A program made the translations under genes and the position numbers. Shown one piece after another: positions 1 through 10,021 of a stretch of DNA of 64,000 bases. Numbering within the stretch: the stretch's first letter is position 1; the number at the start of each line of letters is the position of its first letter. Source of the DNA: Bacilli bacterium (GTDB lineage Bacteria; Bacillota_I; Bacilli_A; RF39; UBA660). The notes under the pieces are model-generated. The model saw only the letters and a program-made list of their open reading frames with translations. It did not search any database and was not told the DNA's origin. Where the stretch lies: assembly GCA_017459425.1 (NCBI GenBank), contig JAFUCZ010000030.1, positions 83,651-147,650 of the forward strand, given 5' to 3'.

Positions 1-2
1 GG

Positions 3-320
3 GAATTTCCAGGTGGAAGAAGAGTTGGATTGGAAGATGAGAAAAAAACTTTAGCTAGAGCATTTGATGAAGTGTTGGGGATTAAAGTTGATATTAACAA
101 TTATATTACACATAGTATATGTGAATACCCAGGTCATATTGTAGACTTAAAACTATATGAATGTGATTATATAAGTGGTGATTTTAAGTTAAATATTCAT
201 TCTGAATATAGATGGGTTAATATTGAAGAATTACTTGATTACGATTTAGCAGATGCAGATGTTATTTTATCAAAATTTTTAATAAAACAATATATAGAAG
301 AATCTAGAAAAGATAAGTAG
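3..320 (+). CDS. NUDIX hydrolase (MutT-like), 5'-truncated by the window edge
   Basis: The frame is open from the window start. The Nudix box reads GGx5Ex7REx2EExG (FPGGRRVGLEDEKKTLARAFDEVLG). Confidence 0.6.
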   Translation, partial: EFPGGRRVGLEDEKKTLARAFDEVLGIKVDINNYITHSICEYPGHIVDLKLYECDYISGDFKLNIHSEYRWVNIEELLDYDLADADVILSKFLIKQYIEESRKDK

Positions 321-328
321 GTGAAAAT

Positions 329-631
329 ATGATGGATTTTAAAAAATTACAAAAAGACGTATATGAAAATAAAGTAAATCATGGGTTTAATGTTACTGAC
401 ATTAATATGGAATTTTGTCTAGCATACGGTGAACTTGGTGAAGCGTATATGGCATGGTTACAAAAAAAAGAGGATTTGGGGGAAGAACTAGCTGATGTAG
501 CAATTTATTTAATGGGTATTTCTGAAATTCTAGAAATAGATTTAGGTAAAGAAATTGAACACAAAATAGAAAAAAATTCTAAAAGAGTATATAAAAAAGT
601 TAATGGGGTTTTAGTAAAAGAGGAGGGTTAA
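329..631 (+). CDS. MazG-like nucleotide pyrophosphohydrolase, small form
   Basis: A 100-aa protein with an EELADV/EAYMA helical MazG-type signature and a preceding RBS. Confidence 0.55.
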   Translation: MMDFKKLQKDVYENKVNHGFNVTDINMEFCLAYGELGEAYMAWLQKKEDLGEELADVAIYLMGISEILEIDLGKEIEHKIEKNSKRVYKKVNGVLVKEEG

Positions 632-632
632 T

Positions 633-1496
633 ATGGTTAATTTAAATATGCATAAAAATGAAATAATAGAATTATTTAATAAATTTAATATAAATACATT
701 GGAGTCAATTGATTTATTGTTATCTTACGTAAAAGAATATAATTTGGATGATACAAATATAGCTTATAAAAATGTTTATCAAGAAAAGTATGAAAAAAAT
801 AGAAATAAATTTGAAGGTATGAATGAGTATGATTTTGTAAATAAAATGATTAATTTTGATTTATCAGAGGTAATAAATAATGCAGGATCATTGAGTGAAG
901 AAGAAATAATTTATTTACAACAAATAATAGATGATTCACTTAAAAATATTGTTAATAGGACTGAACTTGAAGGTAATGTTATTTCTAAATTAATTGATTG
1001 TAAAAATGTTATTACAGATCAATTAGTATTATCGGAAGAATATGAAGTAGATAAACTTAGTGATGATGAATTAGAAAAATTATTTGACAAATATAGCATT
1101 AATGAATTAGATGTACTTGGAAGTGTATTTAAGTATGCTAAAGATTATAATTTATCAAATGCATTAAAAATTGCAGAAAAAGCATACAATAAAAAATATG
1201 AAGAGTGTATTAATAATTATGAAGTACCTATTGAAAACTATAAAGCAATAGATATTACAAATAAAAACTATTTGTTATCTGCTAAGGAATTAAAATATTT
1301 ACATACTTTAGCTGACAATGCATCATTTTACTTATCAGAAATTAGAAGTGATGGATATGAATATGAAGATGTTATTGATGATTTTGATGTTAGCAGTTAT
1401 CCTATTAAATTTATGTTTGACTTCGAGCAGTCATTAAAAATGGAAATTGAAAATAGAAAACAAAGTCATAAAGTTAAAGTAAAAATGAAACATTAA
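633..1496 (+). CDS. hypothetical acidic protein
   Basis: A long ORF with a GGAGGG RBS and a K/E/D/N-rich product. No recognisable motif. Confidence 0.4.
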   Translation: MVNLNMHKNEIIELFNKFNINTLESIDLLLSYVKEYNLDDTNIAYKNVYQEKYEKNRNKFEGMNEYDFVNKMINFDLSEVINNAGSLSEEEIIYLQQIIDDSLKNIVNRTELEGNVISKLIDCKNVITDQLVLSEEYEVDKLSDDELEKLFDKYSINELDVLGSVFKYAKDYNLSNALKIAEKAYNKKYEECINNYEVPIENYKAIDITNKNYLLSAKELKYLHTLADNASFYLSEIRSDGYEYEDVIDDFDVSSYPIKFMFDFEQSLKMEIENRKQSHKVKVKMKH

Positions 1497-1664
1497 GCTG
1501 TTTCTTTTTTTAAATAACTTTAAACATATACAATTTTTATAATGAATAATAAAAAATAACAAATTATATTGTTTTGTAAACATATGTTTGATATAATTAA
1601 TTTAGGAACATTTGATGTGGGTGTCGTCCTCCAATCTTGAAAAAAAGAAAGGAGGTAGATATTG

Positions 1665-1757
1665 ATGAAAACTAAAACTTTTATTATAAAAGTTCTAAAG
1701 CTCATTGCTATCATTTTATTACTTTCTACCTTACTGGTGTTAGCAATAAAAAAATAG
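1665..1757 (+). CDS. small hydrophobic peptide (30 aa, MKTKTFIIKVLKLIAIILLLSTLLVLAIKK), candidate type-I toxin-like or membrane peptide
   Basis: A strong RBS AAAGGAGGT lies 8 nt upstream. A TCCTCC element upstream can pair with the RBS. A hairpin/T-tract terminator follows. Confidence 0.3.
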   Translation: MKTKTFIIKVLKLIAIILLLSTLLVLAIKK

Positions 1758-2107
1758 ACACTCTTCAACATTGATAGAGTGTCTACTCACTGATAGAGTT
1801 TAAAAACTCATTTCATAGAGGCGACATTCACTTGTGGAATCGAATGTTCCTCTTTTTTATTATATGCAATCTCTCTTGCTAAATACATAATAACACAAAT
1901 AATTATATTTGTCAAAAGTTTCCCTAATAGAAGAAAAAATTATAAATATTATTTTATATGATATAATATTATATAATATAGATAGAGGTGGTTAACTGTG
2001 GATTATAAAAAGTTAGATACTATATTAAATAATTTTATTAATGAAAACGATTAAAAGCTACAAAAAAAGATGCAGAAGCTGTTATACTTGAAAGTGAATA
2101 TATAAAA

Positions 2108-2404
2108 ATGATCCAGTCTGGATTAGAAAAAAATGAACAAAATTTACAGAATATTATATTGAAATTTATGGATGATCAAATTAGAAGCAATATAATATCA
2201 GAAGAATATAATAGTGGAAAATATACTTTCGATATTTTAAATAAAAATAATTTGCAATTTCCAATAAGACAACGATATGTTATTGCCCAGCATTTATCGG
2301 AAACATTTGATTATAGTCAAGAAAGTATAAAAAAATTTTTATATTTACATAATGAAGTGGGTAATATTGATTCGGATTTAAAAAAAGTTACAAGGTCATT
2401 ATAA
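2108..2404 (+). CDS. hypothetical protein
   Basis: A 98-aa ORF. No motif recognised. Confidence 0.3.
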   Translation: MIQSGLEKNEQNLQNIILKFMDDQIRSNIISEEYNSGKYTFDILNKNNLQFPIRQRYVIAQHLSETFDYSQESIKKFLYLHNEVGNIDSDLKKVTRSL

Positions 2405-2480
2405 GAAACTATAATAATTTAATTATAGTTTTTTTGTGCTTTATAAGCATTTTTTACATATACTTTATAGAGGTGAGATT

Positions 2481-3326
2481 GTGAATCAAACATATACTGT
2501 TAAAGCAGGCGATACTCTATATGGTATAAGTAATCAATTTGGAGTATCTGTTACAGAACTTGCTGAACTTAATAATGTAATAGGGACTAATTTAAAAATA
2601 GGCCAAGTACTTACTATACCAAGTAAGTCTGGTACTAATCCTAATAATTTATTTATGTATACAGTAAAATCAGGCGATACTCTATATGGTATTGCAAGAA
2701 AATACAATACAACAGCACAAAAAATTCGTGATTTGAATTATTTAAAAAATGATAATTTAAGTATTGGCCAGGTGATTAGGATACCCGAAATGTATACACC
2801 TGAAGATGAAATGATTATGCCAAATTATAAAAATTATATAGTGCAAAAAGGCGATACTTTATATAGTATTGCTCGAAATAACAACATTGATGTAAATACA
2901 TTAATTAAAGATAATGGACTTCAAAATAATAATTTAAGTTTAGGTCAAATTATTAGAATAAGAATACCAAGTAGCGAAGTAGAAATTGAAGAATGTATTG
3001 GACCGGATTATATACCGCCAGAAACAACACCAACAATCATTTATACAGTAAAGTCAGGCGATAGTTTATATAAAATTGCTAATAGATATAATACTAGTGT
3101 ATCAGTATTACAGAGTTTAAATAATTTAACAAGTAATAATTTAAGTATAGGGCAACAGTTAAAAATACCTGCAAGTAGTACTAGTTCAAGTAATACATAT
3201 ACAGTAAAATCAGGAGATAATTTATATTCTATAGCACGTAAATTTAATACTACGGTTGATGCTATAAAAAGAAAAAATAATTTAAAAACTACAGTTTTAT
3301 CTGTAGGTCAAATTTTAAAAATATAG
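2481..3326 (+). CDS. LysM-repeat protein (5 LysM domains), possibly spore or cell-wall associated
   Basis: Five repeats of YTVK(A/S)GD(T/S/N)LY(G/S/K)IA...LN. A GTG start lies after the RBS AGAGGTGAG. Confidence 0.8.
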   Translation: MNQTYTVKAGDTLYGISNQFGVSVTELAELNNVIGTNLKIGQVLTIPSKSGTNPNNLFMYTVKSGDTLYGIARKYNTTAQKIRDLNYLKNDNLSIGQVIRIPEMYTPEDEMIMPNYKNYIVQKGDTLYSIARNNNIDVNTLIKDNGLQNNNLSLGQIIRIRIPSSEVEIEECIGPDYIPPETTPTIIYTVKSGDSLYKIANRYNTSVSVLQSLNNLTSNNLSIGQQLKIPASSTSSSNTYTVKSGDNLYSIARKFNTTVDAIKRKNNLKTTVLSVGQILKI

Positions 3327-3334
3327 AGGTGATT

Positions 3335-3751
3335 ATGAATACATATAATATAAATGATGAAAGTTTTAAAAATTCAGATGAATATCAAAACTTTTTAAAA
3401 GAAAATCCTGGTATAGGATATTTAAGAATCAGAGCTTCGGCTGCTGGTGGAGCTATACCTATTAGTGGACTGCAAGTGTCTATTTCTAAAAATATAGATA
3501 ATGATAAAGTGGTTTTTTTTGAAGGAGCTACTGATATTTCAGGATTAATAGAAGGAATAGCGCTTCCAGCACCTACAATAAACACTGATAATATGATGTC
3601 TCCAACTAGTACTGTGTATAATATAACTGCTACCTATGAACCTGATAAGGCAGTACAATTATATAGTGTTAAAATATATGAAAATTTATATGTTGTACAA
3701 AATATAAGTATTGTACCAGATATTCAAAGAGGTGGTTTAAATTGGCAGTAA
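3335..3751 (+). CDS. hypothetical protein
   Basis: The ORF follows the LysM gene with an RBS AGAGGTGA. Confidence 0.3.
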   Translation: MNTYNINDESFKNSDEYQNFLKENPGIGYLRIRASAAGGAIPISGLQVSISKNIDNDKVVFFEGATDISGLIEGIALPAPTINTDNMMSPTSTVYNITATYEPDKAVQLYSVKIYENLYVVQNISIVPDIQRGGLNWQ

Positions 3752-5085
3752 GACTTCCTATTGTTCCTAATAATATCACAGTTCATTTAGGGGCTCCAGA
3801 TCAGGCAGCAAAGGATATCACAGTTCCTTTTACTGAATATATTTCTAATGTGGCAGCATCTGAGTTGTTTCCAACTTGGCCAACTAATTCACTGATTGCA
3901 AATATTTATGCAATAACGTCATTTGCTTTGAATAGGGTGTATAATGAATGGTATAGGTCTAAAGGATATAATTTTGATATAACTTCTTCACCACAGTATG
4001 ATCAAACATATACAGAAAATGGTTCAACATACGAAAATATTAATAATTTAGTTGGTGATTTGTTTGACAATTATGTTGTTAAAGGAGATCAAATACAACC
4101 TTATTTTACAAGATATTGTGATGGAAGAGTTACAACGTGCGAAGGGCTTTCGCAATGGGGAACTGTAAGTTTAGCCAATCAAGGTAAAAGTCCACTTGAT
4201 ATTTTAAAGTATTATTATGGTAATGATATTTCTATTAAATATGATGCTCCAGTAGGTGATTTAACAGGAGGGTATCCGGGATATGAAATAGGACTGGGTG
4301 ATTTTGCTAATCCAGTACTTGCAATTCAAAGAGATTTAAGACGTATCAGTCAAAATTATCCGGCGATACCATATATTACTTCTACCGTTGGAATATATGA
4401 TGAGCAAACTGAACTTGCTGTAAAAAAATTTCAAGAAATATTTGGATTACCTATAACGGGTGTAGTTGATAAGGCTACATGGTATAGAATCAAGTATGTG
4501 TATACTAGTGTAAAGAAATTGTCAGATTTATATTCTGAAGGATTGTCAGAAGAAGAGGCAACATTTTTATATACTGATGAACTTGATTATGGAGATACTG
4601 GAATAGAAGTTGAATATTTGCATTATTTTTTAGATGCACTTGCTTTTTTAGATAAGGATATACCTAGACTTCCAACAAATTCAATTTATACAAATAATAC
4701 AGTTACTATGGTTAAGGCTTTTCAACAAAAATATAATTTACCAGTAACAGGTAAAATTACATATAGTGATATTTTAGTGCTTCAAGATGCATATGATACT
4801 ATTTTAAAATCATTTCCAGTTGAGTATCAAGATTTTGTAAGTGAACTATATCCTGATTATTTTTTAACAAGAGGTACTACAGGTAATGATGTTAGACGTT
4901 TTCAAAAGTTTTTGCTTGCTATATGTAAATATGATAAATCAATACCTGGGGTTAGAGTAAATGGGGTATTTGATGAATTAACTGAAAAATCCGTAAAGAA
5001 ATTGCAACAAGATTATGGCTTTGAGATTAATGGTATTGTAGGGCCTTTATTATGGAGAAAGGTTGTTGAATTATCTAAAAGATAA
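3742..5085 (+). CDS. SpoIID/LytB-like domain protein with three C-terminal peptidoglycan-binding (PG_binding_1-like) repeats
   Basis: The N-terminal region resembles SpoIID. There are three repeats of the ...L..FQ...GL...G..D..TW.. type. The TTG start overlaps the upstream stop. Confidence 0.5.
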   Translation: MAVRLPIVPNNITVHLGAPDQAAKDITVPFTEYISNVAASELFPTWPTNSLIANIYAITSFALNRVYNEWYRSKGYNFDITSSPQYDQTYTENGSTYENINNLVGDLFDNYVVKGDQIQPYFTRYCDGRVTTCEGLSQWGTVSLANQGKSPLDILKYYYGNDISIKYDAPVGDLTGGYPGYEIGLGDFANPVLAIQRDLRRISQNYPAIPYITSTVGIYDEQTELAVKKFQEIFGLPITGVVDKATWYRIKYVYTSVKKLSDLYSEGLSEEEATFLYTDELDYGDTGIEVEYLHYFLDALAFLDKDIPRLPTNSIYTNNTVTMVKAFQQKYNLPVTGKITYSDILVLQDAYDTILKSFPVEYQDFVSELYPDYFLTRGTTGNDVRRFQKFLLAICKYDKSIPGVRVNGVFDELTEKSVKKLQQDYGFEINGIVGPLLWRKVVELSKR

Positions 5086-5180
5086 AGATTAGTTAATATG
5101 AATAAAAAAATTACATATAATAATATAAAAGACTTGACGTACGCAAAAAAGTACATTATAATGCAAATAGAGGTGAAAAT

Positions 5181-5438
5181 ATGAATACTATTAATATAAC
5201 AAATGCAAGAGCAAATTTGTTTCAATTAGTATCTGATGTTAATGTTGGGTATAATCCAGTTACAATAGTTAACAATAAAGGTAAGAATGCTGTTTTAATA
5301 TCTGAAGATGAGTGGAAGAATATTGAAGAATCTTTATTTTTATCAAGTATTCCAGGATATGTTGAAAACATAAATAACATTAGAGCTAATGAAGTTTGGG
5401 AAGATGCAGAGGAATATAAAAAAAATGAAGAATGGTAA
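5181..5438 (+). CDS. Phd/YefM-family type II antitoxin
   Basis: An 85-aa protein with N-terminal ...ITNARANLFQLVSDV... typical of YefM. Confidence 0.7.
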   Translation: MNTINITNARANLFQLVSDVNVGYNPVTIVNNKGKNAVLISEDEWKNIEESLFLSSIPGYVENINNIRANEVWEDAEEYKKNEEW

Positions 5439-5703
5439 TTATGTTATAAAATTTTCTAAAATGGCGGTAAAAGATAAAAAGAAATTGAAAAGTGCAGGAT
5501 TGGAAAATACTTGTAGAAAAATACTTGATCTAATGACTACTAATCCTTTTTGTTACCCACCTTCATATGAAAAACTGGTAGGAGATTTATCAGGTTTATA
5601 TTCGAGAAGAATAAATAGACAACACAGAATTGTTTATGAAGTTAATGAAGAAAAAAACGAAATACATATTATAAGAATGTGGACGCATTATGATAATGTT
5701 TAA
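5425..5703 (+). CDS. YoeB/Txe-family type II toxin
   Basis: The C-terminal RRINRQHRIVYEV...IIRMWTHY signature is present. The gene overlaps the antitoxin stop. Confidence 0.7.
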   Translation: MKNGNYVIKFSKMAVKDKKKLKSAGLENTCRKILDLMTTNPFCYPPSYEKLVGDLSGLYSRRINRQHRIVYEVNEEKNEIHIIRMWTHYDNV

Positions 5704-5771
5704 ACTCTATTAAATAGAGTTTTTTTGTCAAAAAAAATTAATATTCATATATTGTAACTAGGGGGTATTTT

Positions 5772-6692
5772 ATGGATTACGATTATGCATTTGGAAATGA
5801 TTACTATAATTATTATGGTGATTATGGAATAAAAAGTACGGTATATGATATTTTAGCGCCAGAACAATCTCAAAATATTCAACCAGGGATGGAATATGTT
5901 ATGAATCCGCTTCCTATATTTGATAATCCAGAATATAAAGGTAGTGGTAAATTAAAAGATAAGGTTGCGATAATTACTGGTGGAGATAGTGGGCTTGGTA
6001 GAGCATGCAGTATTGCATTTGTAAAAGAGGGTGCTAAAGTTGTAATTGTATATTATGATGAATATAAAGACGCTAATGATACTAAAGAATATATTGAATC
6101 ACTTGGTGGAGAATGTCTTCTTATAATGGGTGATATAACTAATCATAATTTTTGTCGTGAAATTGTAAATAAAACACTAGAGAAATTTGGTAAAATTGAT
6201 GTTTTAGTTAATAATGCTGGGGTTCAATATCAAGCTGATAAGTTAGAAGAAATTAGCGATAAACAATTTGATTGGACGATGAAGGTAAATGTTTATGGAA
6301 TGTTTTATTTAACTAAAGAAGTTTTGCCTTATTTAAGAAGTGGAGCATCTATTATTAATTTATCTAGTGTAACAACTTTTTATGGCGATCCTCAGTTAAT
6401 AGATTATGTTTCTACAAAAGGGGCAATAGTTGGTTTTACTAGAGCTTTGGCACGTAATTTAGCACTTAAAAATATTAGGGTAAATGCTATAGCACCTGGA
6501 TTTTTTTGGACTCCTTTACAACCAGCTTGTTGGGAGGCAGATAAAATTCCATCTTTAGGCGCGGATGCTGCAATGGCAAGGGGTGCCAATCCTTATGAAT
6601 TAGCACCTACATTTGTATATTTAGCAAGTTCTGATTCAAGTTATGTAACAGGGCAGGTACTTCATGTAAATGGGGGAGAGGTAATGGGATAA
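5772..6692 (+). CDS. SDR-family oxidoreductase (YhdF/glucose dehydrogenase-like)
   Basis: A TGGDSGLGRA Rossmann motif and an NNAG motif are present, with catalytic Y/K spacing. Confidence 0.8.
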   Translation: MDYDYAFGNDYYNYYGDYGIKSTVYDILAPEQSQNIQPGMEYVMNPLPIFDNPEYKGSGKLKDKVAIITGGDSGLGRACSIAFVKEGAKVVIVYYDEYKDANDTKEYIESLGGECLLIMGDITNHNFCREIVNKTLEKFGKIDVLVNNAGVQYQADKLEEISDKQFDWTMKVNVYGMFYLTKEVLPYLRSGASIINLSSVTTFYGDPQLIDYVSTKGAIVGFTRALARNLALKNIRVNAIAPGFFWTPLQPACWEADKIPSLGADAAMARGANPYELAPTFVYLASSDSSYVTGQVLHVNGGEVMG

Positions 6693-6774
6693 TTCATTTT
6701 ATGGATTATTCTTTTTTGTTATATTGACAATATAATGTTGTATGATATAATGAAAACCGAAAGAGGGTTATGGT

Positions 6775-7647
6775 ATGAAACAAAATAATAGTCGAATAGA
6801 GAAAATAGAAATGCTACTTGAAAAAGTTTTATCAATTTCTACTTCAAGGGATATTATTGCAAAGTACGAAATAAAAATTCTAGAATTAAATAATCCTAGA
6901 TTATCATATTTTTTTGCTAAAAATATGATAGGATCTGATATAAGTGCACACGAAAAAATAGTAATTAAAAGTAAAGATTCAGTATATAATTATATGTTTG
7001 CACGCGATATAAATGGGGCTGATGTGGCATCTCATGGTAAAGCGGTTATAGAAAGTAAAAATTTAGAGTATAATTATAAATTTGCACGTGATATCGAAGG
7101 GACTGATGTAGCAGCACATGGTAAAGTAATAATTCAAAGTGAGAATTTAGAATATATTTATCGTTTTGCACATGATATTGAAGGAATCAATATAAAAGAT
7201 TACAGTGATGCAATAGTAAAAAGTAAAGATCCATATTATAACTATAAATTTGCATATAATTTTTTTGATAAACTTGAAATATCTGATATAATGGCTCATG
7301 GCAGAGTGGTAATAGAAAGTAAAGATTTAGAACATAATTACAAATTTGCACGTGATGTAAAAGGTGCTGATATTGAAACTCATGGAAAAGTAATTGTTGA
7401 AAGTAAAGATCCAAAATATAATTATAAATTTGCACGCGATATAAAGGATTCTGATGTGTTAGCGCATATACATGTGATTGATGAATATAATTGTTTTGAT
7501 TGGTGTTCAGATATGCTTCAACAAATAGAAGAAATCAAATATACTTTGGATAAATTAAGAAATTTATATGAGACATTTAAAATGTTAGACGAACTGATAG
7601 ATGAGGAATTAAAAGTAAAAGTTTTAAAAAATAATCAATTAGGATAA
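6775..7647 (+). CDS. tandem-repeat protein (about six repeats of 29 aa: KSKDxxYNYKFARDIxGADVxAHGKVVIES)
   Basis: An internal periodicity of about 87 nt is visible in both the DNA and the protein. Confidence 0.45.
   Translation: MKQNNSRIEKIEMLLEKVLSISTSRDIIAKYEIKILELNNPRLSYFFAKNMIGSDISAHEKIVIKSKDSVYNYMFARDINGADVASHGKAVIESKNLEYNYKFARDIEGTDVAAHGKVIIQSENLEYIYRFAHDIEGINIKDYSDAIVKSKDPYYNYKFAYNFFDKLEISDIMAHGRVVIESKDLEHNYKFARDVKGADIETHGKVIVESKDPKYNYKFARDIKDSDVLAHIHVIDEYNCFDWCSDMLQQIEEIKYTLDKLRNLYETFKMLDELIDEELKVKVLKNNQLG
6945..7460 (+). repeat. about 87-bp tandem coding repeats inside the 6775-7647 gene
   Basis: The motif aaagtaaagatxxxxaatataattataaatttgcacg(c/t)gat recurs in phase. Confidence 0.6.
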
Positions 7648-7698
7648 TTCATTTTATGGATTATTCTTTTTTTCATATTATAAATTAGGAGGTGATTT

Positions 7699-8454
7699 AT
7701 GGAAAAGGCTAAATTTCCAATGCCTACTATGCGTATCACACAAGGTTATAATACTGGGACACATAAAGGTACTTTTGCACTTGATTTAGCTGGTGAAGAT
7801 ACAGGTAAGGACTGGGTGCTTGCTCCTTTTACAGGTACTATAAAAAAAGTACTTAGTGGAACATATGGTAATTGGTATTGGTTTGAATCAAATGATAAAG
7901 TATTATGCGCTAATGGTGAAGTTACAAAATTAGTGGCACTTTTTGGACATGATGATAGAATAAGACATAAAGTGGGAGATGTTATAAAACAAGGTGATAA
8001 TTTATGTGCAGAAGGAACTAGTGGTGATGCTACAGGGAATCATTGTCATTTAGAAATAGGAATAGGATCTTATGTTGGGACATGGTATAAAAATGGATAT
8101 GGAATATATATGTTATATAATTCGGTAAAACCTAATGAGTATTTGTGTTTACCAGATGATTATACTGTAATTAATACAGGTGGATATAATTGGGTAAAAG
8201 AAAGTATGGTTAATGAACCTAGTAGTAATTTAAAATTGTATTTACCAAGTGACGCTATATCATGGAGAGTATATCCGATGAATAAGGCTCCTGTTAAAGG
8301 AAACGAATGTGGATTTTTAAAACCAAGTAAATTTGGTGGACTTGTTTATGATATACTTGGATGGACTCAACCAAGTGTTGCTATTATTAAAACTCGTGAT
8401 TTTGGAAAAGTTCAAATATATGTTGCTAAGTCTACTGGTGCAATAATAAAATAG
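7699..8454 (+). CDS. M23-family peptidase domain protein
   Basis: The sequence GTSGDATGNHCHLEIG matches the M23 HxH region. An upstream H..G..ALD motif is also present. Confidence 0.65.
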   Translation: MEKAKFPMPTMRITQGYNTGTHKGTFALDLAGEDTGKDWVLAPFTGTIKKVLSGTYGNWYWFESNDKVLCANGEVTKLVALFGHDDRIRHKVGDVIKQGDNLCAEGTSGDATGNHCHLEIGIGSYVGTWYKNGYGIYMLYNSVKPNEYLCLPDDYTVINTGGYNWVKESMVNEPSSNLKLYLPSDAISWRVYPMNKAPVKGNECGFLKPSKFGGLVYDILGWTQPSVAIIKTRDFGKVQIYVAKSTGAIIK

Positions 8455-8469
8455 TTTTGACTTTAAATT

Positions 8470-8690
8470 ATGAATATGCTAAAATATCTTTAGAAACGTT
8501 GATTGAGACATAGTTTATAGATTGTTTTTAAAGAGAGTTAGTGCTAGGTGAAAACTAATATAATGATTTATAAATTCCTACTCATGAGTAAAATGTAAAC
8601 ATTTTCGGGTAATGCCGTTATACTAATTAAGCAAAAGAAAGGATGGTACCGTCTATAAGACTCCTTGTATCGTTCTTTTTTTGCTTTTAA
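8470..8690 (+). promoter_or_regulatory. T-box riboswitch leader (proline specifier CCU likely)
   Basis: An AGAGA box and a specifier-like loop ...AAUUCCUAC... are present. The T-box motif AAAGGAUGGUACCG is followed by a terminator hairpin and a U-tract. Confidence 0.6.
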
Positions 8691-8700
8691 GGAGGAAAAT

Positions 8701-9984
8701 ATGAAATTAAGTAATTTAAATATTAGAAAGATGAATTTAAATGATGTTGATCAGTCTTATGCCGCACAAGATATTTTAATGAAGTTAGGTGAGTTATATC
8801 AATATGAAAGTGGTATATATGGGTATGGTAATTTATGGACTAAATTAGAAAGAACTGTTGAAAATATTATAATCGATGAACTTGATAAAGCAGGATGTAT
8901 TCAAGTTGAATTTCCAAAGTTACAACCTAAAAAAGTTTGGGATAAATCAGGTAGATGGAAACTATATACTGATGAAAATGATATAATGTTTACTTTAGAA
9001 AATAATTTAGGTGAATATGGACTTGCTCCTACAGCTGAAGAATGTGCGACTATATTTGGAGCTAATAGATTATCTTCTTATAAAAATTTACCAGCTATTT
9101 ATTACCAAATAAGTGAAAAATTTAGAAAAGAAATAAGAACTAGAGGATATTTATTTAGACCAAGAACTTTTGTTATGATGGATGCATATTCATTTGACAA
9201 AAGTGAAGAAGATATGCATAAAACATATAATTTAATGCATCAAGTTTATTTAAATATTTTTAAACGCCTTGGAATAAATATTATTCCAACAGTAAGTGAT
9301 AATGGTACAATGGGTGGTAGTGTATCAGAAGAATTTCAAGCTATAACTTCTTTAGGTGAAGATTTGATTTTATATGATGAAAAAAATAATATTGGTATAA
9401 ATAAAGAAGTACTTGATTTTCCTGATAGAGATTCATATTTAAAACAATTAGGTATTACTGATATTTCTAATTTAAAAGAATTTCCTTCAGTAGAATTAGG
9501 TAATAATTTTGAACTTGGAACTAAGTATTCTGAAAGTATGGGTTTATATTTTACTGATAATGAAGGGAATAGTAAACCATATTACATGGGATGTTTTGGA
9601 ATCGGTGTAGGTAGAATTATAGCTACAATTTTAGAAAATAATGTAATTAAAGATAATGATAAAATAAAGGGATTTTCTATACCTTTAAATGTTGCACCAT
9701 ATAAAATACAAATTGTTTATAAAGAAGATAAAAAAGAGGCAGCATTTAAAATATATAGTGATCTATTAGGTAATGGTATTCCTGTTATAATAGACGATAG
9801 GGATGGTTTTTCTTTAGGAAATAAAATAAAGGATGTTTATGTAATGGGGACTCCATATATTATGGTATTAGGCAATAACTTTGATGGAACTAGTGTTGAA
9901 TTAGAAAGTACAAAAACTGGAGAAAAAATTAGTATAAAAATAGATGAAGTTGAAAAATTTATTAATAATAGTATTAAAAAATAA
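8701..9984 (+). CDS. proS: prolyl-tRNA synthetase (short form lacking an insertion/editing domain)
   Basis: A colinear match to bacterial ProRS class II motifs (ESGRW, FRDE-like FRKEIRTRGYLFRPRTFVMMDAYSF). Confidence 0.85.
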   Translation: MKLSNLNIRKMNLNDVDQSYAAQDILMKLGELYQYESGIYGYGNLWTKLERTVENIIIDELDKAGCIQVEFPKLQPKKVWDKSGRWKLYTDENDIMFTLENNLGEYGLAPTAEECATIFGANRLSSYKNLPAIYYQISEKFRKEIRTRGYLFRPRTFVMMDAYSFDKSEEDMHKTYNLMHQVYLNIFKRLGINIIPTVSDNGTMGGSVSEEFQAITSLGEDLILYDEKNNIGINKEVLDFPDRDSYLKQLGITDISNLKEFPSVELGNNFELGTKYSESMGLYFTDNEGNSKPYYMGCFGIGVGRIIATILENNVIKDNDKIKGFSIPLNVAPYKIQIVYKEDKKEAAFKIYSDLLGNGIPVIIDDRDGFSLGNKIKDVYVMGTPYIMVLGNNFDGTSVELESTKTGEKISIKIDEVEKFINNSIKK

Positions 9985-10021
9985 TTAAATTTAGTGTATA
10001 ATGATTGGGAGGGGATGAATT

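Noticed and set aside
1520-1771. Minus-strand 83-aa ORF
   Set aside because: It is antisense to a better-supported small peptide gene with RBS and terminator. Its product is low complexity and has no RBS.
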